Below, one piece after another: positions 17,662 through 25,410 of a DNA stretch of 64,000 nt. The stretch covers positions 1,254-65,253 of the forward strand of contig JBAZQN010000011.1 of assembly GCA_041645165.1 (NCBI GenBank). Reading direction: 5' to 3'. Numbering within the stretch: position 1 is the stretch's first letter; each line of letters starts with the position of its first letter. Source of the DNA: Patescibacteria group bacterium (GTDB lineage: Bacteria > Patescibacteriota > Patescibacteriia > 2-02-FULL-49-11). A program made the position numbers and the translations under genes. The notes under the pieces are model-generated. The model was not told the origin of the DNA. It saw only the letters and a list, made by a program, of their open reading frames with translations, and did not search any database.

Positions 17662-17867
17662 AAAAAATTACTATTTCAAGGTAATCATCATAGAATTGTC
17701 ACATTACGGTATTAATCTCATTATACATTAAAGTGGTGAATATGTTATTTTACAGCGCCTAAATGTAGCAGTACTGTGCATTCATGCAAATAGGTTTATT
17801 GATAATAAAATGAGCCCTCATAAAGGGCACATGGTGTTTAATTGTGAAATATACTAATTTGCCAACC

Positions 17868-18038
17868 CAATTCCGATTGTCATTCCAGACCGAGATCTGG
17901 AATCCAGACATAAAACAAACAAAAAGATCAATTTTCTTTTGGTTTTCCCCGATCTCGGTCGAGGACGGCGTCTGGATTCCCGCTGGAGCTTGCCCCGTAC
18001 CTTGATACGGGGCGGGAATGACGATGGAATCGGAATTG
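17868..18038 (+). repeat. MITE-B copy 1 (~170 bp, long internal inverted repeats gtcattccagac…gtctggattcc…gggaatgac)
   Basis: About 90% identical, in reverse orientation, to 53324-53497. Confidence 0.85.
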
Positions 18039-18064
18039 AATAGCAATTGAGTATAAATGATTAA

Positions 18065-18715
18065 TTATTTTATTAAAAAAACATAGTAGCCGCTTGTTTG
18101 TTTTGACTTTTGTTTTTTTAACAGGATATCGGTAGTTCTTGCGAGCGTATTGAGGAGAGTAAAGCGGCCCAAGGGGCTCAAGTGTACCCATGTCTCGAGC
18201 GGCCCTCTTACTTTTTGTATTTCTAGAGAAGAGAAATTGCGGCTTAAATACTTTAGTGAATCTTCCGTATATCTCCAAAAGTCGCCATAATATCCCGGCT
18301 GCGCGTGGTAATAGTAGAGAAATGGGACATAGAGGAAGCAATAGCCGCCTTTTTTCAGCACGCGGTGCATTTCTTCAAAAGCCTTGAACGGGTTTTCAAT
18401 GTGTTCCAAAACTGCGATACAAATAATCGCATCGGTCGATGCGTCGCCCAGTGGCATGCGATGGATGTCCCCGATAATGTCAGGGTGGTAGTCCGGCACG
18501 GGATCAAGGATTTTATAATTTACCGCATTGAGATATTGTTTTATCCACGCGCGGTGCGGGTCATACCGGTTTCCTTTTGTGTCAGAAATTCTCAATCCTC
18601 CGCCAATGTCAATAATATCCTTTTTTTGCTCAAAGATTTGTCTTATCTTTTCGTAGAAGAAAGTATCCCAGGGAGTCATACGAAGAGCATTACCAAGAGG
18701 CGCATGTATCGCCAA
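18065..18715 (-). CDS. class I SAM-dependent methyltransferase
   Basis: Motif I DIGGG, and LEHIENPFKAFEEMHRVLKKGG (Methyltransf_11-like). Confidence 0.75.
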   Translation of the reverse strand: MAIHAPLGNALRMTPWDTFFYEKIRQIFEQKKDIIDIGGGLRISDTKGNRYDPHRAWIKQYLNAVNYKILDPVPDYHPDIIGDIHRMPLGDASTDAIICIAVLEHIENPFKAFEEMHRVLKKGGYCFLYVPFLYYYHAQPGYYGDFWRYTEDSLKYLSRNFSSLEIQKVRGPLETWVHLSPLGRFTLLNTLARTTDILLKKQKSKQTSGYYVFLIK

Positions 18716-18784
18716 AGAGCCGCACTTGAACCAGAACGGTTGCTGTTGTTATTAATTGACCCCATGGCTATAGCATATTGAAAT

Positions 18785-19738
18785 TTATTTTGAAATTTTT
18801 CGCTGTCGGGTTCTATTTTTAAGGTATCGCTCGATTGCCTCTTTTGAAGTTAACCAATTCCTGCCTTCTTTGTATGCTTCGAGTTTTCCTTGTCTCGCAA
18901 GTAAGTTTAGATATTTGGCGGAAAATGGGGTATTTTTAGATATCTCTGCCAATGTTACGAACTTTTCTTGTTTTTGTGTTGCCGGAGTTAAAGTTTTTAG
19001 ATAAATATCAAGGGAGCGCTCTATGGATTGAGCGATAAATTTCACCAATGGTTCATATTTTCCACTGTCTGCCTTGTCCAACACATCGTAATATTTTTTG
19101 TGGTCATTTTTCAAAATAATAACCAGCGGATAGCCAGTTTTCATCAGCAATACATTCATGGCTAAACGTGCGGTCCTGCCATTGCCGTCAAAAAATGGAT
19201 GAATATGTGTTAGTTTATGATGCAGTAAAGCTGAAAGCTCAATGATATTAATCTTATTTTTTTGTGAATTAAGCCAGTTGATTAAATCTCTCATTTTTTG
19301 GGGCACTTGCAATGCGTCGGGTGGTGTATGTTTCGCTCCGCCAATAATTACGTTAGCGTTCCTGTATTTCCCGGCCCACTCTTTGTCAGTTTCCCGTATA
19401 ATAATTTGGTGTAAATTTCGTATGAGCATTTCAGAGATGGTGTGTTTTTTATTTTTATCTATTAAGTCATACAGATATTCCAGCGCGGCATGATGGTCTT
19501 TTGCTTCCAAATGGTCTTTTAAAGGTTTTCCCTTTACTGTTATGCCTTCGTTAATAACTAAAAATGTCTCTTTTAAAGTTAAGGAATTGCCTTCAATGGC
19601 ATTTGAGTTGTAGGTCATTTCTATTTGAAATTTTTCCCGCAGTTTTTGTACCGCAGATTTTGGTAGGGGACGAAGTTTATTTAGTTTAATGAGTTTTTCT
19701 TCCAGTCGGGTTTTTATAATTGGCGATAGATAAGTCAT
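18785..19738 (-). CDS. Fic-family protein (AMPylation/Doc fold)
   Basis: Canonical Fic motif HPFFDGNGRTARL. 317 aa with a C-terminal HTH-like tail. Confidence 0.85.
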   Translation of the reverse strand: MTYLSPIIKTRLEEKLIKLNKLRPLPKSAVQKLREKFQIEMTYNSNAIEGNSLTLKETFLVINEGITVKGKPLKDHLEAKDHHAALEYLYDLIDKNKKHTISEMLIRNLHQIIIRETDKEWAGKYRNANVIIGGAKHTPPDALQVPQKMRDLINWLNSQKNKINIIELSALLHHKLTHIHPFFDGNGRTARLAMNVLLMKTGYPLVIILKNDHKKYYDVLDKADSGKYEPLVKFIAQSIERSLDIYLKTLTPATQKQEKFVTLAEISKNTPFSAKYLNLLARQGKLEAYKEGRNWLTSKEAIERYLKNRTRQRKISK

Positions 19739-19924
19739 AGGATAATACTTAATATGGTTTAGTTAATTATTTAGAGTATACCATATTAAGGAATTGGGTC
19801 AATTTCAGATATAAATTTGTCGTTTTTGGAGCTCCGCATCAAGTGCGGGGTAAACTCCGCGGAAAAAACACTATATTTCCCCTCTAAAAATAAAAAAGAA
19901 AAAATTTTATAAAAAATAATATTT

Positions 19925-20040
19925 CACATAACATTTGCGTATATCTGATGTTTTGTGGAGCGTAGCGGAGCAAAATATGGGTGTAGGCTCACGAAAGAGC
20001 CGTAGCCAGATATACGTTGTTAGCTGATGTATATGTTTTT
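19925..20040. repeat. attC-like palindrome A (gcgtatatctg … cagatatacg, then tGTTAGCTgatgtatatg)
   Basis: Its core gcgtagc…aaatatgggtg is shared with element C at 21588. Confidence 0.45.
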
Positions 20041-20095
20041 CCTTGTCGTTTATCCACCTCCGCCGAATACTCTGCAGTTCCGCTCGAGGAGGGGT

Positions 20096-20413
20096 TCATT
20101 TTTTGATTTTGTTGAACAATGCGGCAAACAACCAAACAGCAAGAATCGTCACAATGTTCCAGATAACTAAACCTGAAATAAAGTAGCCAAAGCTAAGAAA
20201 ATCTGATTTAAAAGATACATCGGTATGCAGAGAAAATTTCATAAATAGTTCCCTGCTTGGTGGATAGATTGCTACGCCGACATAACAGATTGTATAAACT
20301 ATACTTACCCACGCTGAGGCGATTTTTATCAAATGTTTTGAATTTATCATATTTTTAAAATTAATTACCATGTAAAATAATAGTTTTTTAATTTTGTTCG
20401 CGTTTGCTGGCAA
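20096..20413 (-). CDS. hypothetical small membrane protein
   Basis: 105 aa, three hydrophobic helices, AT-rich. Overlaps the next ORF by 26 nt. Confidence 0.45.
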   Translation of the reverse strand: MPANANKIKKLLFYMVINFKNMINSKHLIKIASAWVSIVYTICYVGVAIYPPSRELFMKFSLHTDVSFKSDFLSFGYFISGLVIWNIVTILAVWLFAALFNKIKK

Positions 20414-20966
20414 GATTAATGATGCAAACGTAGAAAATGTAAGACAGAATAGTAGCGGGAATATTGATAATGTTATAGACCAAATTATTTAGCTCATTTG
20501 GATTCAAATAATGCAACCTTTGAATTATTGGTGATGTTTCTCCTGTAAGATTTACAAGTTTGAGAGCTAATAGGATAATCACACCAATTAGCACAATCAG
20601 GATAAATTTTATTATCCATCTATAAACAAAAAGGTTGATAATATTTTTAAGTGTAAGAGATCTATGAAATAATTTCAGGATCAGTTTAGTGGCCAATATA
20701 ACTATAGTGACAATAACAAGAACACTTAGTAGCATCAACAATATAGCAACAACACCACCAAATAGTTTTGTCCCTAAACCAATGTGTGCATACTGAATAT
20801 TAAATTCTGCTATTTGGTTTAGTAGTTTGCTATAACCCGTAAACAAATTTAGTAGTATGGTTATCAAATAAAAGCCGACCAACCAGAGAATTAGTTTGAT
20901 AGATATTTTATTGTCGGGCAGTTGGTGAATAAATTGTTTAGGATGGAAGAGTAGCTTTATGTTCAT
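20388..20966 (-). CDS. hypothetical polytopic membrane protein
   Basis: 192 aa, five or six TM helices, AT-rich. Confidence 0.45.
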   Translation of the reverse strand: MNIKLLFHPKQFIHQLPDNKISIKLILWLVGFYLITILLNLFTGYSKLLNQIAEFNIQYAHIGLGTKLFGGVVAILLMLLSVLVIVTIVILATKLILKLFHRSLTLKNIINLFVYRWIIKFILIVLIGVIILLALKLVNLTGETSPIIQRLHYLNPNELNNLVYNIINIPATILSYIFYVCIINLASKREQN

Positions 20967-21050
20967 ATTTTTTTCGGTCTTTAAAAAATTAAAAAGGGCT
21001 CTTATAATAAAAAAGAAAAAATTTAATAAATGAAAACCGAGTAATATGTC

Positions 21051-21127
21051 GCCTAACGTTTCGGGATCAAGCGAAGTATTTTCGCTAGAAAATATTTTGC
21101 TTATCCCGTGTTATCGGATGTAATTTT
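21051..21127. repeat. attC-like palindrome B (GCCTAAC-gtttcgggat … atcccgtg-GTTATCG-gatgtaatttt)
   Basis: 77 bp. Follows the TAA stop of the 21133..21561 ORF by 6 nt on the coding strand. Confidence 0.5.
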
Positions 21128-21132
21128 ATTTT

Positions 21133-21561
21133 TTAACGAATAAATTTACAATAAGACTTAGAGCAATCAACGTTTGTCAATTTATTTGGATAATTAGAAT
21201 ATTCTTTTTTTACGTAATTAAAATAACGATTTAGTATGGTACGTCTTGCTTCTAATGCATTTTTTGAATAATCTGGATTATGTGGTTTGCCGGGATTATT
21301 TGTATCTTCTTCGTATATTAAAATATATTCATCATCATTAATTAATCCTAATTTTTTTGCATTAGAGAAGAAGGTTGGGCATCTAGATGTGTTATGATCA
21401 AAACAACTGTCATAAGAATCATGTTCACTGGCAATTAAAAAATCAACTTTTTTCTTGTCTTGCTCAGACAATTGTTCATAATTGGAATAAGATAAGTTAT
21501 TAGCAGAGCATCCTGATAGCAAGATTGTCACTAAAATAAAAATGAGTTGTTTGTTAAGCAT
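21133..21561 (-). CDS. hypothetical lipoprotein
   Basis: Signal peptide plus lipobox LLSGC. 142 aa. Confidence 0.5.
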   Translation of the reverse strand: MLNKQLIFILVTILLSGCSANNLSYSNYEQLSEQDKKKVDFLIASEHDSYDSCFDHNTSRCPTFFSNAKKLGLINDDEYILIYEEDTNNPGKPHNPDYSKNALEARRTILNRYFNYVKKEYSNYPNKLTNVDCSKSYCKFIR

Positions 21562-21587
21562 AAGTAAAAATTAGGATTAAATAATAT

Positions 21588-21681
21588 TATTTCCGATAAC
21601 GTCCGCGTGTATGCGATGTTTGCGTAGCAAATATGGGTGGAGCGACCGTAGGGAGCGTAACCGCATACACGCTGTTAGGCG
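21588..21681. repeat. attC-like palindrome C (cGATAAC-gtccgcgtgtatgcg … cgcatacacgc-tGTTAGGC)
   Basis: 94 bp. On the coding strand the TAA stop of the 21675..22493 ORF lies inside the GCCTAAC box. Confidence 0.55.
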
Positions 21682-22493
21682 ATGTAAATTTTAGACTTTT
21701 TTAATCTCGCAACAAATTCATCTTTTGTCATCACCACTTGTCTTACCTCTGGCTTTTCTCCCGTTGTCAAATATTTTTCCAGAGATCTCTTGTTGTATTG
21801 TAATGCTAAGTGTTGAACGGCTACAACGTCGCTATCGTCTGGCAAAGTATCTTCTATTGAAATTTCATCACCCAAGAGCAGTCTGGCTTTCCCTTCCATT
21901 TTTTTATTAAGTAGCCAAGATTTCATCATAATTCTGTCTGCCGTGATTTCTCCCGTTTCTAATTTAGCACCTATCGTTTGAAAGCCATCTATGATTTTAG
22001 AAATTAATTCTGCGCTTTTCACTCCCGTTGGTCTAATATGTAATGAAATTTCATCATCACCAGCTTTTTTGTATGCGATAACATCATTGACATGAACCAT
22101 GCCAGATCCTTCCTCAACCTCATCCGCTTTTCTGTTCCATTCAGCGAAAAATAGATTGGCAATTGGTGAAGAGGCTAATCTGTTGGCGAAGTTATCTCTG
22201 GAAAAATTATTTTCTTGACATTCCTGCAGGGCGGAATTAATTATTTGATATAATTCTTGTTTTGCTTCGGAATGTTGAATCTCTTCGCCTGAGCTACCCA
22301 ATCTAGAAACATAAAGATCAGCCATTCTTTCTGTAATTGCGCTTTTGTTTTCAGCGCCCTCGGCATGGAGTAAGTTTTGATATAGTTCAAATCCACCAGC
22401 AAATCTAATAAACGCAGGGTTTGATAAAACCATCTCCTTTGTTTTTTCTATTCCTTCTTGATGAATTTGTTGCGGTTGTTCGTTTTCTCCCAT
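21675..22493 (-). CDS. hypothetical protein (272 aa)
   Basis: Long AT-rich ORF with no recognised motif. Its stop is embedded in the repeat box. Confidence 0.45.
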   Translation of the reverse strand: MGENEQPQQIHQEGIEKTKEMVLSNPAFIRFAGGFELYQNLLHAEGAENKSAITERMADLYVSRLGSSGEEIQHSEAKQELYQIINSALQECQENNFSRDNFANRLASSPIANLFFAEWNRKADEVEEGSGMVHVNDVIAYKKAGDDEISLHIRPTGVKSAELISKIIDGFQTIGAKLETGEITADRIMMKSWLLNKKMEGKARLLLGDEISIEDTLPDDSDVVAVQHLALQYNKRSLEKYLTTGEKPEVRQVVMTKDEFVARLKKSKIYIA

Positions 22494-22504
22494 ATTTAAA
22501 AAAG

Positions 22505-22722
22505 TCTAAAATTTATTTCGCCTAACGTATCTGTGTATGAGAAGTCCCGCGCCATTGTAAAACGATTAATTCGTGGAACTTCTTACACAGTTATTTTATC
22601 AAATTAAATGTGGTATTAGCAATAGCGGGATTTGGGTGAAAAAAATATGGCGACCTTAAAATTTATATAAATGCCATATTTTTTGAACCTCATACACAGT
22701 GTTGTGCGATGTAAATTTTTTA
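22505..22722. repeat. attC-like palindrome D (aaaatttatttc-GCCTAAC-gtatctgtgtatgag … ctcatacacag-tGTTGTGC-gatgtaaatttt)
   Basis: About 215 bp with an unusually long central region. Its end motifs match B and C and the attI-like site. Confidence 0.45.
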
Positions 22723-22878
22723 TCCTCGTTTTTAATGGTATAAGCTTTATCTGTTCTAAAAGAAAATTTGATTTTTTGTCTTGGCTCAAAAAAGAGGGGT
22801 TAGGGGTGAATTTTTTGAGCCAAGACACATTAAAGAATTTTTATTTCAACTGCTTTTAGGATGTAACGATAACACAAC

Positions 22879-23430
22879 TTAGTCTTTAAAATCAAATTCA
22901 ATTTGGCTATCGCCGGGACGGATATATTGGGGATGAGGCCCGGTAAGATCAAAGCTTGCTTCGCAATATACTGTGGAGTTTTTTTCTTGAGATAAACGAG
23001 GAAAAGTAGCTGTTTGGACATGAGAGACAACAACATGCCACTGACTGTATAGTATATTTTGGTTTAGTAGTTTTTTTACCTTGCCCAAGCGTTCAAAATG
23101 CATGTTAACTATTGTTCCGTCGATAGTAATTGGCTGTTGAAATTTCATATTAAACTTGGTGGTATAAAATCTATTCTCTAATCCTGCTTTAGCAATATGT
23201 TTTAAAAATGCCTCACCTATATAACCCTGTAATTTATAACCACCGACATGGTCATCCTTATCTGGATGCATATGAGTTTTAATTTGTTCATCAAACTCAC
23301 TAAACTCAGATGAAGGTAAAACTTCGCTGGCCCGATTAAACGCAAGATCTACCTTCTTCTGATGTTCAGGGGTTTTGAGTACCTGGTCCCTAGTTGAACC
23401 GTAAAAATTTTCAGTATATTCTTTTGTCAT
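22879..23430 (-). CDS. hypothetical protein (183 aa)
   Basis: AT-rich ORF. The HMHPDKDDH segment is only loosely MBL-like, so no call is made. Confidence 0.4.
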   Translation of the reverse strand: MTKEYTENFYGSTRDQVLKTPEHQKKVDLAFNRASEVLPSSEFSEFDEQIKTHMHPDKDDHVGGYKLQGYIGEAFLKHIAKAGLENRFYTTKFNMKFQQPITIDGTIVNMHFERLGKVKKLLNQNILYSQWHVVVSHVQTATFPRLSQEKNSTVYCEASFDLTGPHPQYIRPGDSQIEFDFKD

Positions 23431-23450
23431 ATAAGAAAAATTACTATTTT

Positions 23451-24320
23451 TTAATTTTTACGAAATAAATTATGCCGAAATTCCGTACAAAGAGGCAGTT
23501 TAGTTTTATTAATTAAGTCAAGATTATCAGCTGTACAAATTCTGGCCTTAATACCGAATTTATGAAAGGCATTGATTAACCTTTGAAACGCTAGAATTCT
23601 TTTTCTAAATGGTAAAGTATAACCAAGTTTGGTTGTTACTTGTCTGACGGCAGTCATTTTGCTAATGGCTTTCAAAATCAACTTATCATTTAAATCAACG
23701 ATCCGTTGTTTCTGTGGCTCCGGTAATACGCCGGTACCAATGATGCATCGTTTTACTCCAATCCCGCTTAATACCCGTGGAAGATCTTCAATACTTTCAT
23801 TTTTTTCATAAATATCAAACCACGGCATCACCACGACGATAACTGGTACGCCGCCTCTAATTAATTTTCTTATTATTTCCAGTCTTTTGATAATTGGAGC
23901 CGCACCGGGCTCTAAAAGAGAAAGAAGTCTCTGGTTTAGACTCGGTAATGATATTTGAACAACAACGCGATGTTTATTTGTTATTAACAATTTGATAGAT
24001 TTATTAGGAATCACTTGTTTAGTGACTATTAATGGCACAAAATCTTCTTTTCTTTTCCAAACATGTTCTAACAGATAATGGGTCAGGTCGCAATTGGCGG
24101 GCAAAAAACAGTCAGCGACGGCGCTAAAGTAAGTTCCCTTAAACTTCTGTAAATTTTTCAAAACCTCTTTCCGGCCAGAGACGATTATTTGATCACTATC
24201 AAATTGTTTCCGGTGAAGATCACAATACAAACAGGGTTTTGGACAACGTTTCCCGAAGACCACCACTGGTACAGCCTGACAAGGATACATTGGTTTCACT
24301 AATATAATATCGTTTGTCAT
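23451..24320 (-). CDS. radical SAM domain protein (SplB-like CxxxCxxC)
   Basis: Motif CPKPCLYC near the N-terminus. 289 aa, AT-rich. Confidence 0.55.
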   Translation of the reverse strand: MTNDIILVKPMYPCQAVPVVVFGKRCPKPCLYCDLHRKQFDSDQIIVSGRKEVLKNLQKFKGTYFSAVADCFLPANCDLTHYLLEHVWKRKEDFVPLIVTKQVIPNKSIKLLITNKHRVVVQISLPSLNQRLLSLLEPGAAPIIKRLEIIRKLIRGGVPVIVVVMPWFDIYEKNESIEDLPRVLSGIGVKRCIIGTGVLPEPQKQRIVDLNDKLILKAISKMTAVRQVTTKLGYTLPFRKRILAFQRLINAFHKFGIKARICTADNLDLINKTKLPLCTEFRHNLFRKN

Positions 24321-24435
24321 ACTATAATTTGTAAAATTAAGTCTTTAATTTGTTCCCCTCTTAAATAAAATAAAAAATCAAATTTTCTTCGTGGTTAATG
24401 GATTAAAACTTGGAATTAATAGAAAAGATAAAAAA

Positions 24436-24475
24436 TTTATTTCGTACAACTGGTTAATATGTGGAAAGATATATG
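24436..24475. promoter_or_regulatory. attI-like half-site (aaaatttatttcGTACAACtggttaat) between the recombinase gene and the first cassette
   Basis: On the cassette strand it reads GTTGTAC-gaaataaatttt, the same extended 3' box as the attC-like elements (GTTAGGC-gaaataaatttt), with no partner 5' box. Confidence 0.4.
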
Positions 24476-24494
24476 ATTAGTATACCAAATTTGT

Positions 24495-25346
24495 ATGATA
24501 TGTGGAGTGTATGATATTCTAATTGTAGATTCTATGGCTAATCTACTGGATATTTTAACTCGGGAGATGGTATTGCGCAATTATAGCCGGAAAACCATTG
24601 CGGCGTATACCAGCGCGGTCAAAGGCCTGTTTACTTTTTACAGAAAACCATTGCGTGATTTGTCATTGGAAGAGATTAAGGAATACTTGTACATCAAGCA
24701 GCAAAAGAAATTTTCCAGCCAGACGATCGCGCTCGCGGCCAATGCCATTAATTTCCTCTATACTCAGATTTACAAGAGACCTAACTTTGAAAAAATTCGG
24801 CATCCCAAACGAAGCCAGAGGTTGCCGGAAGTATTGAGCCGCATTGAAATTGAAAAAATATTGGAGCAGATTGAGAACATCAAGCATCGTTTGCTTATCG
24901 CCTGCGCCTATGGAGCGGGATTGCGGGTAAGCGAGGTGGTGCGGCTGCGCGTACAGGATATTGATATGGCAGATAAAACGATCACGGTCAGACAGGGCAA
25001 AGGCAGAAAAGACCGGCTGACCGTGTTATCAGGAAAGATCGTTAGTGACTTGGAAAAGTTCCTTGTTGGCAAAGAAGGACGAGATTGGGTGTTTGAGAGC
25101 GAACGCGGCGGACGGCTGACCGAAGCCACGGCGCAAAAAGTATTTTATGCCGCTCTTAAGAGAGCGGGGATTAAAAAGCATGCGACATTCCATTCTCTGC
25201 GGCATAGTTTTGCCACGCACCTTTTGGAAAACGGGGTAGACGTGCGTTATGTGCAGGAACTTTTGGGGCATGCGAATATCAGGACCACGCAGATTTACAC
25301 CAAAGTGACGAATCCAAGTCTGAAGAATATAAGAAGCCCGTTGTGA
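24495..25346 (+). CDS. tyrosine site-specific recombinase (XerC/XerD/integrase family)
   Basis: Catalytic residues R (AGLRVSE), K (KGRKDR), HSLRHSF, GHANIRTTQIY with the nucleophile Tyr. The likely start is the ATG at 24534 (MANLLDILT…), giving about 271 aa, which is too short for a canonical IntI. Confidence 0.85.
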   Translation: MICGVYDILIVDSMANLLDILTREMVLRNYSRKTIAAYTSAVKGLFTFYRKPLRDLSLEEIKEYLYIKQQKKFSSQTIALAANAINFLYTQIYKRPNFEKIRHPKRSQRLPEVLSRIEIEKILEQIENIKHRLLIACAYGAGLRVSEVVRLRVQDIDMADKTITVRQGKGRKDRLTVLSGKIVSDLEKFLVGKEGRDWVFESERGGRLTEATAQKVFYAALKRAGIKKHATFHSLRHSFATHLLENGVDVRYVQELLGHANIRTTQIYTKVTNPSLKNIRSPL

Positions 25347-25361
25347 TCGTGAAATTTCATT

Positions 25362-25403
25362 GTTTGTTTCTGGATCCCGCATCACGTGCGGGATGACATG
25401 AAA
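25362..25403 (+). repeat. hairpin-element family H (ttgtttctggatcccgcatcacgtgcgggatgaca), copy at the recombinase 3' end
   Basis: Perfect palindrome atcccgcatca(a/c)gtgcgggat. Other copies lie at 13420 (in-frame), 25941 (in-frame) and a partial one at 19828. Confidence 0.85.
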
Positions 25404-25410
25404 CGCATCA

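Larger units (their letters stand above)
18785..25403. mobile_element. low-GC cassette-array island with a divergent Xer-like tyrosine recombinase (integron-like)
   Basis: GC about 30-37% against about 50% in the flanks. Co-oriented minus-strand ORFs are separated by palindromes ending in RYYYAAC/GTTRRRY boxes. The recombinase lies at 24495..25346. ccgcatca[ac]gtgcggg hairpin copies sit near both ends (19828, 25362). Confidence 0.55.

Noticed and set aside
22616-22828. 70-aa minus-strand ORF inside attC-like element D
   Set aside because: It lies within the palindromic repeat, is extremely AT-rich, and has no start context; it is treated as non-coding.
24495-25346. Calling the recombinase a bona fide integron integrase IntI
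   Set aside because: At about 271-283 aa it is too short for the IntI-specific additional domain. The visible motifs are equally compatible with XerC/D or phage integrases, so it is kept as a Xer-like tyrosine recombinase.
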